Positions 1 through 12,690 of a stretch of 64,000 nt of DNA are shown piece after piece. Where the stretch lies: assembly GCF_009914755.1 (NCBI RefSeq), contig NC_060934.1; one strand, given 5' to 3'. The position numbers were made by a program, and so were the translations under genes. The DNA comes from the human T2T-CHM13v2.0 reference genome, Homo sapiens. Numbering within the stretch: position 1 is the first letter of the stretch; each line of letters starts with the position of its first letter. The notes beneath the pieces are model-generated. The model had not been told where the DNA came from. It did no database searches and saw nothing but the letters and a program-made list of their open reading frames with translations.

Positions 1-826
1 TGCAGAACAGCAAATGTTGCTGCCTGATCGTTCCTCTGGAAGCTTCATCTCAGAGTGGCACCTGGTCGTGTGAGGTGTCAGTCTGCCCCTACTGGGATGT
101 GCCTCCCAGTTAGGCTACTCGGGGGTCAGGGACCCACTTGAGGAGGCAGTCTGTCAGTTCTCAGATCTCAAATTCCGTGCTGGGAGAACCACTACTCTCT
201 TCGAATCTGTCAGACAGGGACATTTAGGTCTGCAGAAGTTTCTGCTGCCTTTTGTTCAGCTGTCTTGCCCCCAGAGGTGTAGTCTACAGAGGCAGGCAGG
301 CCTCCTTGAGCTGCAGTGGGCTCCACCCAGTTTGAGCTTCCTGGCCTCTTTGTTTACCTACTCAAGCCTCAGCAATGGTTTGCACCCCTCCCCCAGGCTT
401 GCTGCTGCCTTGCAGTTCAATCTCAGACTGCTGTGCTAGCAATGAGCAAGGCTCCATAAGTGTGGGACCCTCTGAGCCAGGCGCGGGATATTATCTCCTG
501 GTGTGCTGTTTGCTAAGACCATTGGAAAAGTGCAGTATTAGGGTGGGAATGACCCAATTTTCCAGGTGCTGTCTGTCACAGCTTCCCTTGGCTAGGAAAG
601 GGAATTCCCTGACCCGTTGTGCTTCCCAGGTGAGGTGATGCCTCACCCTTGTTTGGCTCTTGCTCGGTGGGCTGCACCCACTGTCCTGCACCCACTGTCT
701 GACAAGCCCCAGTGAGATGAACCTGGTACCTCAGTTGGAAATCCAGAAATCACCCGTCTTCCGTGTCACTCACACTGGGAGCTGTAGACTGGAGCTGTTG
801 CTATTCAGCCATGTTGGAACCCACCT
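1..826 (-). mobile_element. L1PA (about PA4-6) 5'UTR; the element continues off the left edge
   Basis: Reverse complement starts ggtgggttccaacatggctgaatagcaacagctccagtctacagc, the L1PA 5' end. Contains an ORF0 homolog at 375-638 (+). Confidence 0.9.
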
Positions 827-2010
827 ACTGTGTGTGTTTTAACTGTTAGGCCACTCTTCTGTGGGACTGCTGCAATTTCCTAGGTAGTGGTCCACTCCAG
901 ACCCTAGTCACCTTGGACCCTCCTGCACCTGGAGGTATCACTGGTAAAGCCTGTGAAACAGCAAAGATGACAGCCTGTTCCTTCCTCTGGGAGCTCTGTC
1001 CCTGGGGCACCAACCTGTTGCTGGCCAGAATGCTCCTGTAGGAGGTTTCTGGAGATCCCTTTTGGGAGGTCTCACACAGACATGAGAAACAGACTTGGGG
1101 ATCCACTTAAAGAAACAGTCTGACTGCCCCTTGGCAGAGCAAGTGTGCTGTGCTGACCTCCAGTCTCTCCAGAGCCAGCAGTCTGGAAAGACTAAGTCTG
1201 CTGAATTGCAGAGAGAGCAGCTGCCCCTCCCCCTGGGGACTCTGTTTCAGGGAGACATCAGAGTTGTCTTTGTATAACCCTGGCTGGAGTTGCTGAAATT
1301 CCTGCAGGGAGGCCCCACCCAGTGAAGAAGGATGGATCGAGGTCCCACTTAAAGAAGCAGAGTGCCCGCTATCAGGTACAGCAGCTGTGCTGCATTGTGG
1401 GGAATTTCTCCCAGCCCCCCCATACTGGCAGGCTAGAGTGGCCAACTCCAACCACAGATATGGCAGCCACCTCTCCCCACTCCCATAAACTCAGTCCATG
1501 TCAGGCCATCTCCAGCCCGTTGCCACTGGCTGGCTGGAATTTCAAGCCAGTGGGCCTTGATTTGTGAGATGCCATGGGAGTGGGGCCCACAGAATGATGG
1601 CACTTGGCTCCCTGGATTCAGCTCCTTCCTAGGGGCATGCATGAGATCTCCTGCCTTGTCAGAATTCCTGGGGCTGGAATATGCAAAACTTCTGGGGTTC
1701 TCTGCATGCTGAATGAATGAATGGCTACTCTGCTGAGATGCCACACAGCTCTGTGCTTTGAACCCAAGGTCCTGGTGATGTGGGCTCATGAGGGGATCTC
1801 CTGCTCTGTTGGGTCTCAAAGATCCCTAGGAAAAGAATGGTTTCCTGGGCAAGGTTGCACAGTCACTCGCTGCCTCCCTTGGCTGGGAGTGGGGGTTCCC
1901 CTGGCTCCATGCCACTCCTGGGTGGGCTGTCACCCCATCCTGCTTTCCTCACTTTTCATGGGTCTAGCCATCTGCCTAGTGAGTCCTTGTGAGAAACTGG
2001 ATGCCTCAGG
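827..2010 (-). mobile_element. Older L1PA-type 5'UTR fragment
   Basis: Motifs such as tccactccagaccct...ggtatcac...agcaaagatgacagcctgttccttcctctgg are shared with the L1 5'UTR at about 40150-40230. Confidence 0.7.
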
Positions 2011-2032
2011 TTTGTTTGTTTGTTTGTTTGTT

Positions 2033-2080
<48 letters not shown>

Positions 2081-2335
2081 TTTCTTTCTTTCTTTCTTTT
2101 TTATTTCTTTCTTTCTTTCTTTTCGAGACAGAGTCTTGTTCTGTTGCATAGGCTGGAGTGCACTGGCATCATCACAGTTCGCTGCAGCCATGAACTCCGG
2201 GGCTTAAGTGATCCTTCTACCTCAGCCCCCTGAGTAGCTGAGACTATAGGTGCACCCCACTATACCTGGCTAATTTTTATATTGTTTTTGTAGAGATGGG
2301 ATTTTGCTATGTTGCCCAGGCTGGTCTCAAACTCT
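2011..2335 (-). mobile_element. Partial AluJ-like element with (TTTG)n(TTTC)n tail
   Basis: Antisense Alu arm; microsatellite at 2011-2123. Confidence 0.85.
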
Positions 2336-2917
2336 TTTATGTTTTCTTCTAGTAGTTTTAGAGTTTCTGGTCTTTTTTAAGTATTTAATCCATGTTGAAA
2401 TGATTTTTGTTTATAGTGTGAGATAAGGGTCCAATTTTATTTTTCTGCATGTGAAAATCCAGTTTTCCCAACACCATTTATTGAAGATACTCTCCTTTTC
2501 CTGAAAATGTACTTATCTTGTGTACAATTTGATCAGTTTCAAAAAGCGTCTGCACTCATGTAACAACCACCCAAATCAAGATAGAAGACATTACCATTCA
2601 TTACCTCTGAAAGTTCTATTGTGTTCCCTCTAGTCAATTGCTGTCCCCAGTTGTCCTAAAGGAATACTTGTCTGATTTATATTACCATAAATTAAAATTT
2701 TTATTTCTTGAAATTTACGTGAAATAATATAGTATGTATCCTAGGCATATGACCTTTTTTGCTAAGCAGTATATTTTTGAAATTAATCTGTGCTGTTGAT
2801 GACGTTTTCTTGTGCATATTGGCCATTCATATATCCTCTTTTGTGAAGCATCTGTTTCTTTTGTCCATTTTTAAATTGGATGGTTTGTCTCTTCACTATT
2901 GATTTACTAAAATTCTT

Positions 2918-3290
<373 letters not shown>

Positions 3291-6200
3291 TTATATTTTC
3301 ATTTTTTAAATAGGATCTTTCTAGGCAATAAACTTTTAAAGACATTTTTGCCTCAAGATTATGAAGATATATTATTAGTTTTCTTCTAGGAAATGTATAA
3401 ATTTAACATTCATGTCTAAACCTAATATTAATTTTGGTATTTGGTGTGAGGTAGGCATTAAGGTTAATTATTTTCCATAAATTTATACATTTGTGGTATT
3501 ACCTTTTTTTAGAGAACTGACATATATTCTATCAGTCAGGATTCTACCTGAGAAAAAGAACCAAGAACCAGTAGAAGATTATACATATCTCCTACTGAGA
3601 GATAGAGAGTGAGTGGCAGGCCAGGAGGGGAAAGAGAGAAAGAGACTGAGAGAGAGAGAGAGCTAGAGAGTGTGAGAGAGAGAGAGAGAGTGATTATTTC
3701 AAGAAGTTGGCTTACATTATTGTGCAACCTGGCTAGGTAAGTCCAAAATTTGTAGGGCAGGCTCACAGGCTGGAAACTTTTGGGCAGGAGCTGACACCAC
3801 AGTCCACAGTAGAATTTCTTCCTCAGGCAAACCTCAGTTTTGTTCTTAAGGCCTTTCAACGAATTGGATAAAGTCGAAACACATTATCAAGGAAATACGT
3901 CTTTACTTAAGGTCAACTGATTATAGACATTTATTCTATCTACAAAATACCTTCACAGCAACATCTAGATTAGTGTTTGATTACATAACTCGGTACTATA
4001 GCCTAGCCAAATTGACCCATAAATCTCAGTTTTATTGCAGTTCACTCCTTATCAACTTGTCACCTATACACATCTTAAATCATACCTAATCTCTAAATAA
4101 TAACAACAACCAAGTCATACTTCCACCTAACATGACATAGCTATCCTGTGTACAACTGTAAACATGCTAATTCTTCACCCAGAGAACGATACAAGTATTT
4201 GAATGATGTTCGCTCTTCTTTAATATTCTGTAACTTAAATACTGTGATACAAAGTGAACTATTATAAAAATGTCTTATGTTAGATGATAAAGGAATAAGA
4301 GAGAGAAGGAAATAAAAACAGTAATACTTGTATATATAAAGTTTTTGGTAAAATAAGGAAAAAACACTCATAATTATAGTCCTCAGTTTTGCAAATTGTT
4401 ATATGGTCATAGCTGGTATTTTTGACTACCTCCTTCGACTATCCATCTCATATTTGCCTTCAGCAAGCACCTCAAATGACAGTGTTTCTTTGCCTAGTGG
4501 AGTGACCCAAACCTGTATTCCTAAACAGTCTGAGCCATAGGGAGTCTTGCCTGAATTGGTCTTTTGTAGTTTTTCATTGACTTTCATCATGGTAGTACTA
4601 AGAGACACTCCAAAAGAACCCTCTGTATTCCATACATGTTTTTCCTACCTTCATTGTGTAGTAGCAGCTCAATTTCTCTTTGGTAATCAGGATCAGCCAC
4701 CTCAGCCAGTGTAGTATCTTCCTTTTTTGCCTGTTGATTCAGAAGCATGTAGAGCTCAAAGTGACTGAGTGGGAATTTTAACTCATAGTTTAATGGAATT
4801 ATTGTTGTGTCTCCTGGTGGGAACAATTTTGTCTAAAACTAAGGTCTCTAGACTAGCAGAGCATAAGTTTATAAAAACAGGAATAAAAAATTTTGCTAGT
4901 GGATCACTAGTGGGAATAGTGAGTGATGCCATTCTCATTTTCATACCTTGATTTCTGGACCCATTAATCCTGGCTAGGGAAGAAACAGCTCTGTATGTTG
5001 AATGCTGATTTAGAGCACATACATCCTCCTGGAGGACACTGCTCCAGTCATGCAAGATATTGTCACCAACTTGGCACTATAGGTTTCTTCCAAAGGCCAT
5101 TCCAGCATTCTATCATGCCAACTGTTTCAAGATGATGGGGAACATGGTAAGACCAATGAATTCTATAAGCATGGACCCATCATTGCACTTCATTTGTAGT
5201 GAAGTGAGTTCCTTGATCAGAAGTAATGCTTTGTGGATTACCATGATGGGTGGATAAGACACTCTATTCTGTAAGTTTACAGATGGTGCTTTGGCAGATG
5301 CATTGTATCCAGAGTAAGTGTTTGTTATCGTAAGAACAAAATGCTGCTCTTTCCATGATGAATGTGGTTCAGTATAATCAACCTGCTACTAGATGTCTGG
5401 CTGATCACCCTGAGGAATGGTGCCATGCTGAGGCTCAGTGTTGGTCTCTGTTGGCAAGTTGAACACTCAGCAGTGGCTGTAGCCATGTTGGCCTTGGTTA
5501 GTGGAAGTCCATGTTGCTGAGCCCGTGCATAACCTCTGTCCCTGCCACTGTAGCTACTTTCTTCATGAGCCAATTAAGCAATAACAGGAGTAGCTGAGGA
5601 GAGGCTAACTAGTATTCACAAAAAGGGTTGTTGTATCCACCTGATGATTAAAATCCTTCCCTGCCAAGGTCACCTTGTAGTGAGCACTGACATGGGGGCA
5701 CAAATATCTTCTTACTCTTTTTCCATTCAGAGAGTTCTTTCCAGATACTTCAGCCCCAGCTCTCCTAGTTACTAATTTTCTAGACATTTTTCTTCCAAAC
5801 CCTTGTCTACCCAGTAAAACCACCGGCCACAACTCATGAAATGGTATAGACTTGTACCTCTGGCCTTCCAAGCAAAATGAACAAGTAGGTACACTGCTTG
5901 AAGTTCTACCTACCTGGAGCATGTTGCCTCATCACTGACCTTCAGGGATGTTCCAGAAAGGTGTTGTAGTGCTTCAGCTGTCCACTTTCAGGTGACGCCT
6001 GCATGCCATGCTGAACTACCTGTAAACCAGCCCCAAGTTTTCTCTTCCTTAGTCACCTGATCATAGGAAACTCTCTGTGAGGCCATAGTAAGCTGGAAGA
6101 GAGAAGGTAATGTATCCAGAGTGGGGACAATGGGCATTTGGGCCACTTCTTCATGTAGGTCCAGGCAATGTAATATCATCAATGTAATGACCAGTGTGAT

Positions 6201-8344
6201 GCCTTAGAGAAGGGAAAGGTGATCGAAGTACCTATGGATTAAATTATGACACAAGTTTGGAAAATTGATAGACTCCTGAAGTAGGAGAGTGAAAGGGCTG
6301 GTACTGGCTTTCCCAGCTTAAAGCAAACTGATTCTGGTGGTATTTACTAACATGTATCAAAAAAAGTATTTGCCAGGTCAATAGCTGCATACCAGTTATC
6401 AGAGGATGTCTTAATTTTGCTCAAACAATGAAATAATATCTGGAACAATGGCTTTAGATGGAGTTGCCACCTGGTTAAGATTGTGATAATTCACTGTCAT
6501 TCTCCAGATCCATTTGTTTTCTTCATAGGCCAAATAGGTGAGTTGAGTGAGGATGTGGTGGGAATCACCATCACTGCATCTTTCAATTCCTGATGGTGAA
6601 AATAATCACTGCAATCCTTCCAGGAATGTGGTATTGCTTTTAGTTTCCATTTTCCTAGGTAGAGGAAGTTCTAGGGACTTCTACTTGGTCTTTCCTACCA
6701 TAATAGCTGCCACTATATAGCTTGGGGAAGCAATTTGGGAATCCTACCAGTTGCTGAGTACATTTATTTACATTATGCATTCTGGAACAGGGGAAATAAA
6801 CACAAGATGATTTTGAAACCCTACTGGGCTCACTGGGAGACAGACCTGAGCTAAACCTCCATTGATCACCTGACTTCCATAAGACTTTACTCTGACTGGT
6901 GGATCAAAGTGGTATTTGGGGTCACTCAGAATTACTGTCAATTTAGATCCAGTTACAGTAACTTCATTCACTGTGGTAAAACATCAGACTTTGGGAAAGT
7001 CTGGAAGAAAGATTCACAGTATACATTTTTTGGAATTTAGCAGGGCAATTCTTTAAGGGGAACTGGATGCCTCTTCAACGGGTTCTAGGTCTGCAAACTG
7101 TCTCAAATCCGGGAATAGATTGAGGGGTCATGACTCAATGTTTGGGTGATTCAAGTTAGACTTCTGTTCACTCACTCTAGAACTCTCCTAATGTCTATAC
7201 AGACCAGCTGAGAATTTGGTAGACCGGTCATCCATTCCTCTTGTAGGGACACTGTGACCAGTGCCATAAGTAGATAAGAGTCAGATTATTCTGATTATTG
7301 CTTTAACTCCACTGTCCATTATGATAACTACGAACGTTTCGTCTTTGGTGGCTAAGTGCTACAATTTGGCCCTTGTTAACCTGGGATTCAATTATCCTCA
7401 TTGCATTGAAGGATTCTGGTTCAGTTCGCATTGTAATTTCTGACTTATAGAGAAGAAAAACCACAGAGTTCTTCAAGGATGCTGGGGATCGCTTTACAAA
7501 TTTATTTCTCATAGCTGTGCTGAATGGTGATCCACTGGACCCCACTAGGGATGTGTGAGCAGTTCTGATAAGATAAATTCACTCTGACATTTGAGTCTAA
7601 GTCTTTGAATCCCTTCCTCTACAGTGTACCAAGCAGTTCTGGCACATTAACTTTGTTTAGTTTAGGCCATTTTTTATTCTGTGTTTCAGCCAAGCAACCA
7701 CCAACCAAACAAACTGTTAGGCTTTTTCTAGCCCATCAAGCTACAACATTGAATTTGGAATTTCTGCTTAGTGAACTCATGTCAATAAACTGGCCTGATC
7801 TAACTTTGTATTCCATTCACCATTATCCCACACTCTTAGTTTCCACTCTTACACATATTCCCCAGATTACTATCTGCATGAATTGGAAATATCATGCAAT
7901 CATTTTGGTGTTTAGGCTACCCCTTCATGGGTTACCCTTCCAGGCCTGCTGGGGCTTGAGTCTAATTGTAGGTCTAGAAGCAAAGAAGGTTGGTTGGGGC
8001 CCTCCAGTGCCATACAAGGCCTCAAGGGAGGCCATTACAGGTTCTTCAGGCAAAACAATAATAACCTCCACAGACAGGGCTGAAGGGCTGCTTCTACTGG
8101 CAAAGGAGACACAACAGATTTTAAGGTTCAGTCTCCCCAGCTGCATTGAGATCTGCTCTGTGTGCTCCTATTCCAATGTTCACAATTCCATTCCTTCCAA
8201 GTCCAAGCCCTCACTTTAGCAGAAGACACCCTGAAATGTTCGGAATTCAATTTGTGTTGTAATTTTGCCACTTACAGGATGAAAGTCTGGGTTTGATTTT
8301 CAGCAATCTTAGCCTTGTAGCTACAGGAGATAAGGATTTCTTTC

Positions 8345-8644
8345 TCTTTTTTTTTTGAGATGGAGTCTCACTTCTGTTGCCCAGGCTGGAGGGCAGTGGT
8401 GCGATCACAACCCGCTGCAGCCTCAACCTCCTGGGCTCAAGTGATCCTCTCACCTGAGCCTCCTGAGTAGCTGGTACTGTAGCACACTCCACCACAACTG
8501 GCTAATATATATATATATATATTTTGTAGAGATGGGGTTTTGCCTTGTTGCTTAGGCTAGTCTCAAACTCCTGGGCTCAAGCGATACACCCTACTTGGCC
8601 TTCCAAATTGCTGGAATTACAGCCATGAGCTACTGCACCCTGCC
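8345..8644 (-). mobile_element. AluJ inserted in ERVL gag
   Basis: TSD taaggatttctttc (8331-8344) / taagcatttctttc (8646-8659). Confidence 0.9.
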
Positions 8645-9122
8645 TTAAGCATTTCTTTCAAGGCAGACATAGACACTTTCGGGTCATTTATGTGGAGCTT
8701 ATGTGGAAATTGAAGCCCTGAGTTGAGAATTTGAAGCCCTGAGATCATCCTTTTCTATCCCCACTTTCTCCAGAGCAGTTAGGAGCAGCCAGCCAGTCAT
8801 TATATTCATTATTTTTACTAACATGTCCTAAGGTATCAAATATGTGGCACTCAGACCTTGCCCTTTATAAATATTTAATTATGAGATTCCAATGGCAGTA
8901 TCTTGCATATTTCTATTGCCACATTATGCCATGACCAATGATTTCATTATCACTGGAAATAAAGTCATTAGTGCCTTTAAATCTAATCAGATAAGAGAAC
9001 CAATTTCAGACAGACCAGAACTAATTTAGAAAACTCATCCTTAAGATTCTGTTCCTTTAGAACCACTCTACATACTAAAATCTGTGTTATTGAGGTTTCT
9101 TCAGAGAAACAGAACCAATACG

Positions 9123-9124
<2 letters not shown>

Positions 9125-9163
<39 letters not shown>
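9125..9163. repeat. (CA)n microsatellite in MLT2 LTR
   Basis: About 19 CA units; the 3' LTR has a (GA)-rich tract at the equivalent place (about 3597-3690). Confidence 0.95.
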
Positions 9164-9167
<4 letters not shown>

Positions 9168-9285
9168 TTGGCTTACTGTTTGTATGGGCTGACAAGTCCA
9201 AAATCTATAGGGCAACCATGGAGGCTGGAAACTCTTCGGCAAAAACACGATGCTGTAGTTCCTAGGTGGAATTCCTTCTACTTCT

Positions 9286-9467
9286 GTAGAAAGGAGCAAC
9301 ACAACTAGAGGTATAAGGAGTCCTAAGTTCCCACTTATATGGCATTAGTCAATAAAATGGGTCTAAAATTTTGGGGGATTTCTAACAATATCTTTGTGGA
9401 GCTGTAAAGTGAAAATATGAGTTTGACAATAATATCTCATTGTATTTCTCAAGTTAAGGTGGCAGGT
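9286..9467 (+). repeat. 182-bp inverted duplication, copy 1
   Basis: Reverse complement of 11827-12008 with 4 mismatches by manual alignment. Confidence 0.95.
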
Positions 9468-9729
9468 TTTGCTCTTAAAGGCCTTTCAATTAATAGAATG
9501 AGCCTTGTCCACATGATCAAGGATAATCTCCTTTGCTGAAAATCGAGTGACTATAGATGTTAACTATATCTACAAAATACCTCTACAGCAATACCACATT
9601 ACTGCTAGATTGAATAACCTGGGTACTACAGCCTAAACAAGTTGATGCATCAAGCTAACCATCACAAATGAGAATAATTTAAATAATATTGATTTACTAT
9701 TACTATCCTAAAAATTATATTACATTCAG

Positions 9730-9917
9730 GTTATTTCAAAATTGCTGCAAGAGTAGATTTTTAAATATTCACACCATACAAAAATAAGTAGGTGAGGTGA
9801 CGGATATGTTAATTAGCTTGATTTAATCATTCCACAATATACATATATGTCAAATACATATATAAAAATATTGCATTGCACCCCATAAATATATGCAATT
9901 ATTATTTGTCATTTAAA
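9730..9917 (+). mobile_element. L1MA-type 3' end fragment
   Basis: aaattgct..gagtagattt...gtgaggtgacggatatgttaattagcttgat motif. Confidence 0.7.
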
Positions 9918-10393
9918 TACTTTTATGAGTGGTTTTACTTTCTTCACTTTGCATTTTTTAAAAAAAATTAAGAAATTTTTTTAATTAAAAAAAGTGCAAA
10001 GTGAGGAAAGTCCCCTTGTCCCTTTTGTTATGTGTGAATACAGAGAGAAGGAGCCATGTATGAACCAGAAAGTGAACCCTCACCAGACACGGAATTTGCC
10101 AGCACTCCATTTTTGAAAAATGCAAAGTGAACAAAGTAAAACCACTCATATAAGAAAGTATTTTACACTAAAAATAAATATATAGATTATAGAAATACTT
10201 ATGAAGAAAAAACCATAGACTGTCCCACGGGCCGGGCAGCTGCTCATCTCATAGGGGACCCATTTGAGCATAAACTTCCACAGAAAAACTACAGGAAAAC
10301 TAAGAAACAAAAACCTGTCTAGTGCAGCTACATATGATTCTGGTGACTGTTGGCCTTATTACTAGTAGTCTGGGTGCTTTCATTGGTTTATAA

Positions 10394-10789
<396 letters not shown>

Positions 10790-11211
10790 TAAATATGAAG
10801 ACCCATATTCACTCAAATGTGTATGCCCTTAGAAGGGACACCATGATCCCACATCCCAGATGACATCACCTTGGCCCAGGAGTTCACTGCTGGAGATTAC
10901 ATCACCTCAGATGACATCACTCAAGTCCAAGACCTAATCATTGGAGATGACTTCACCCTTTTATCAGGGATGATTTCATCCTAGATACTAAAACCTCTGC
11001 CCCAGCAACACCCATGGATTATCTTTCTCAAGGCACAAATTGAACACAGGACATTTATCGCTTTTCTTTCTCTGGTATTAGAGGTCCTATTATGTTTCTG
11101 AGCTTGTTGACTGTTTAGCCTATGATCCTGGTATTCTCCTTGCTGTCTGCCAAAATGTACATCCTTAACACTCCTATGCCTAAAGGAAAATCAGGTAGAG
11201 GTTTAGAGGTT

Positions 11212-11548
11212 TGCTATTGACTGAAAGTTTGTGTCCCTCCAAAATTCATATGTTGAAACCTAATCCCCAGTGTGATGGTATTTGAAGGTGGGGCCTCTTG
11301 GAGGTGAATGGGATAATGCCCTGATAAAAGAGGCTCCAGAGAGCTCCTTTGTCCCTCCTGTTATGTGTGAACACAGCAAGAAGTAGCCAACTATGAATCA
11401 GAAAATGGCCCCACAGCAGATGCTGAATCTGCCAGCACCCTGATCTTGGATTTCCCTGCCTCAAGTGCTGTGAGAAATAAATTTCCATTGTTTATAACTC
11501 ATCTGGTCTAAGGCATTTTTGTTATAGTAGCCCAAATGGACTAAGACA
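11212..11548 (+). mobile_element. MaLR solo LTR (MLT1A-like)
   Basis: TG...CA ends; aaaattcatatgttgaaacctaatcccc; internal AATAAA; ends ggactaagaca; 5-bp TSD-like aggtt/gggtt. Confidence 0.85.
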
Positions 11549-11826
11549 GGGTTAATACTATCTGCCATTCTAAAAATTAGAGGAGATTATGGCTTTCCCC
11601 AGGGAGCACCTGCCTCATCTCAGTTAACCCCTTGGTCCCTGGAGAGAGAACCATGCACTCCTCCATGCCTTCTCCCATTAGCACTTCTCCAGCTTTCACC
11701 ATGGCCTTCTGCCCTGCATCTCTAACTATAACCCCCTTTTCCCCTTAGTTACACACGACAACCACATCACTTTACATATACTTTACTGACTTACTGGTTC
11801 ATACTCTCCAACAATATAACTGCTGG

Positions 11827-12008
11827 ACCTGCCACCTAAACTTGAGAAATACAATGAGATATTATTGTCAAACTCATATTTTCACTTTACAGCTCCACAA
11901 AGATGTTGTTAGAAACCCCCCAAAATTTTAGACCCATTTTATTGACTAATGCCATATAAGTGGGAACTTAGGACTCCTTATACCTCTAGTTGTATTGCTC
12001 CTTTCTAC
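11827..12008 (-). repeat. 182-bp inverted duplication, copy 2
   Basis: Reverse complement of 9286-9467. Confidence 0.95.
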
Positions 12009-12156
12009 TGTCATAACACAATATTTTCTGTGCTGTTGAGGGCAACATATGCCCTACTTTTTAAAAGTCCCCACTATTATCACCTTAAAGTTCCCTTAAT
12101 GTGATGTCAAACCATCAGAGGACAAATCATTCTAATTGTGCTTTTAATTTTTTATG

Positions 12157-12690
12157 TTTTACAAAGTTTTAACATCGGGTCCTCACTGATCAGGGAGAGA
12201 TTGCTTCTCCCTCTTGGGGTTAACTAATTCCTAGAGATAGTAAATGACTTTCCTGTGAGCATGCCATGCAGACCAAGCAATCCTGAGTCCATACTCTCAC
12301 CCATCTTCTCTATCCAGCTCTTACACTCCAAGACACAATATTCCTGTCCTAATCATCCCAGGGCAGCTAGGGTCAGTTCCTACACCCCAGAGCCTGCTGA
12401 GATAATTCAAACTAGCCAGTCCTAAACTTACTCAGCTTACCTACTTGGTCTTGCCCGTTCCTTCCCACAGAAACTGCAACAAAGGCTTTTGCTCCTGCTT
12501 CTCCTATGCCCCTCTTCTGGCTCCTGACCAACATGGGTGCTTCCCATGTGGCCTGCATCATGTGGGGAATCTTGTTTGTAGGGAATGGTGAGTAAAAAGC
12601 TCTTCCTTCATGACAAGAATTTCTGTGTCTGTGTGTCCTACCATACCTGATTAAAACCAATCTCAGGCACATTTTATTGCAAGTAGTTTT
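12157..12690 (+). mobile_element. LTR-like repeat (MER21-like)
   Basis: Shares blocks (ttcctagagatag.aaatg; ttccc.atgtggc) with the element at 26490-27320. Confidence 0.55.

Larger units (their letters stand above)
3528..9666 (-). mobile_element. Degenerate ERVL provirus with two MLT2-family LTRs (3' LTR about 3528-4030; 5' LTR 9083-9666)
   Basis: Two homologous LTRs; the 5' one has TG...CA ends. The internal start gattttagtatgtagagtggtt resembles the ERVL leader. Minus-strand remnants in retroviral order: gag (7303-7545), protease (6768-6971), integrase Zn-finger AECSTCQQ (5325-5573), dUTPase PPGDTTIIPLN (4587-4826). Confidence 0.88.

Noticed and set aside
1721-2233. 170-aa hydrophobic ORF
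   Set aside because: Reads through the (TTTC)n microsatellite and an Alu.
7605-8219. 204-aa + strand ORF
   Set aside because: Antisense to decayed ERVL gag, non-ATG start, no motif.
10858-10981. CRISPR-like repeat-spacer array
   Set aside because: Eukaryotic context, short degenerate repeats, related spacers and no cas genes.
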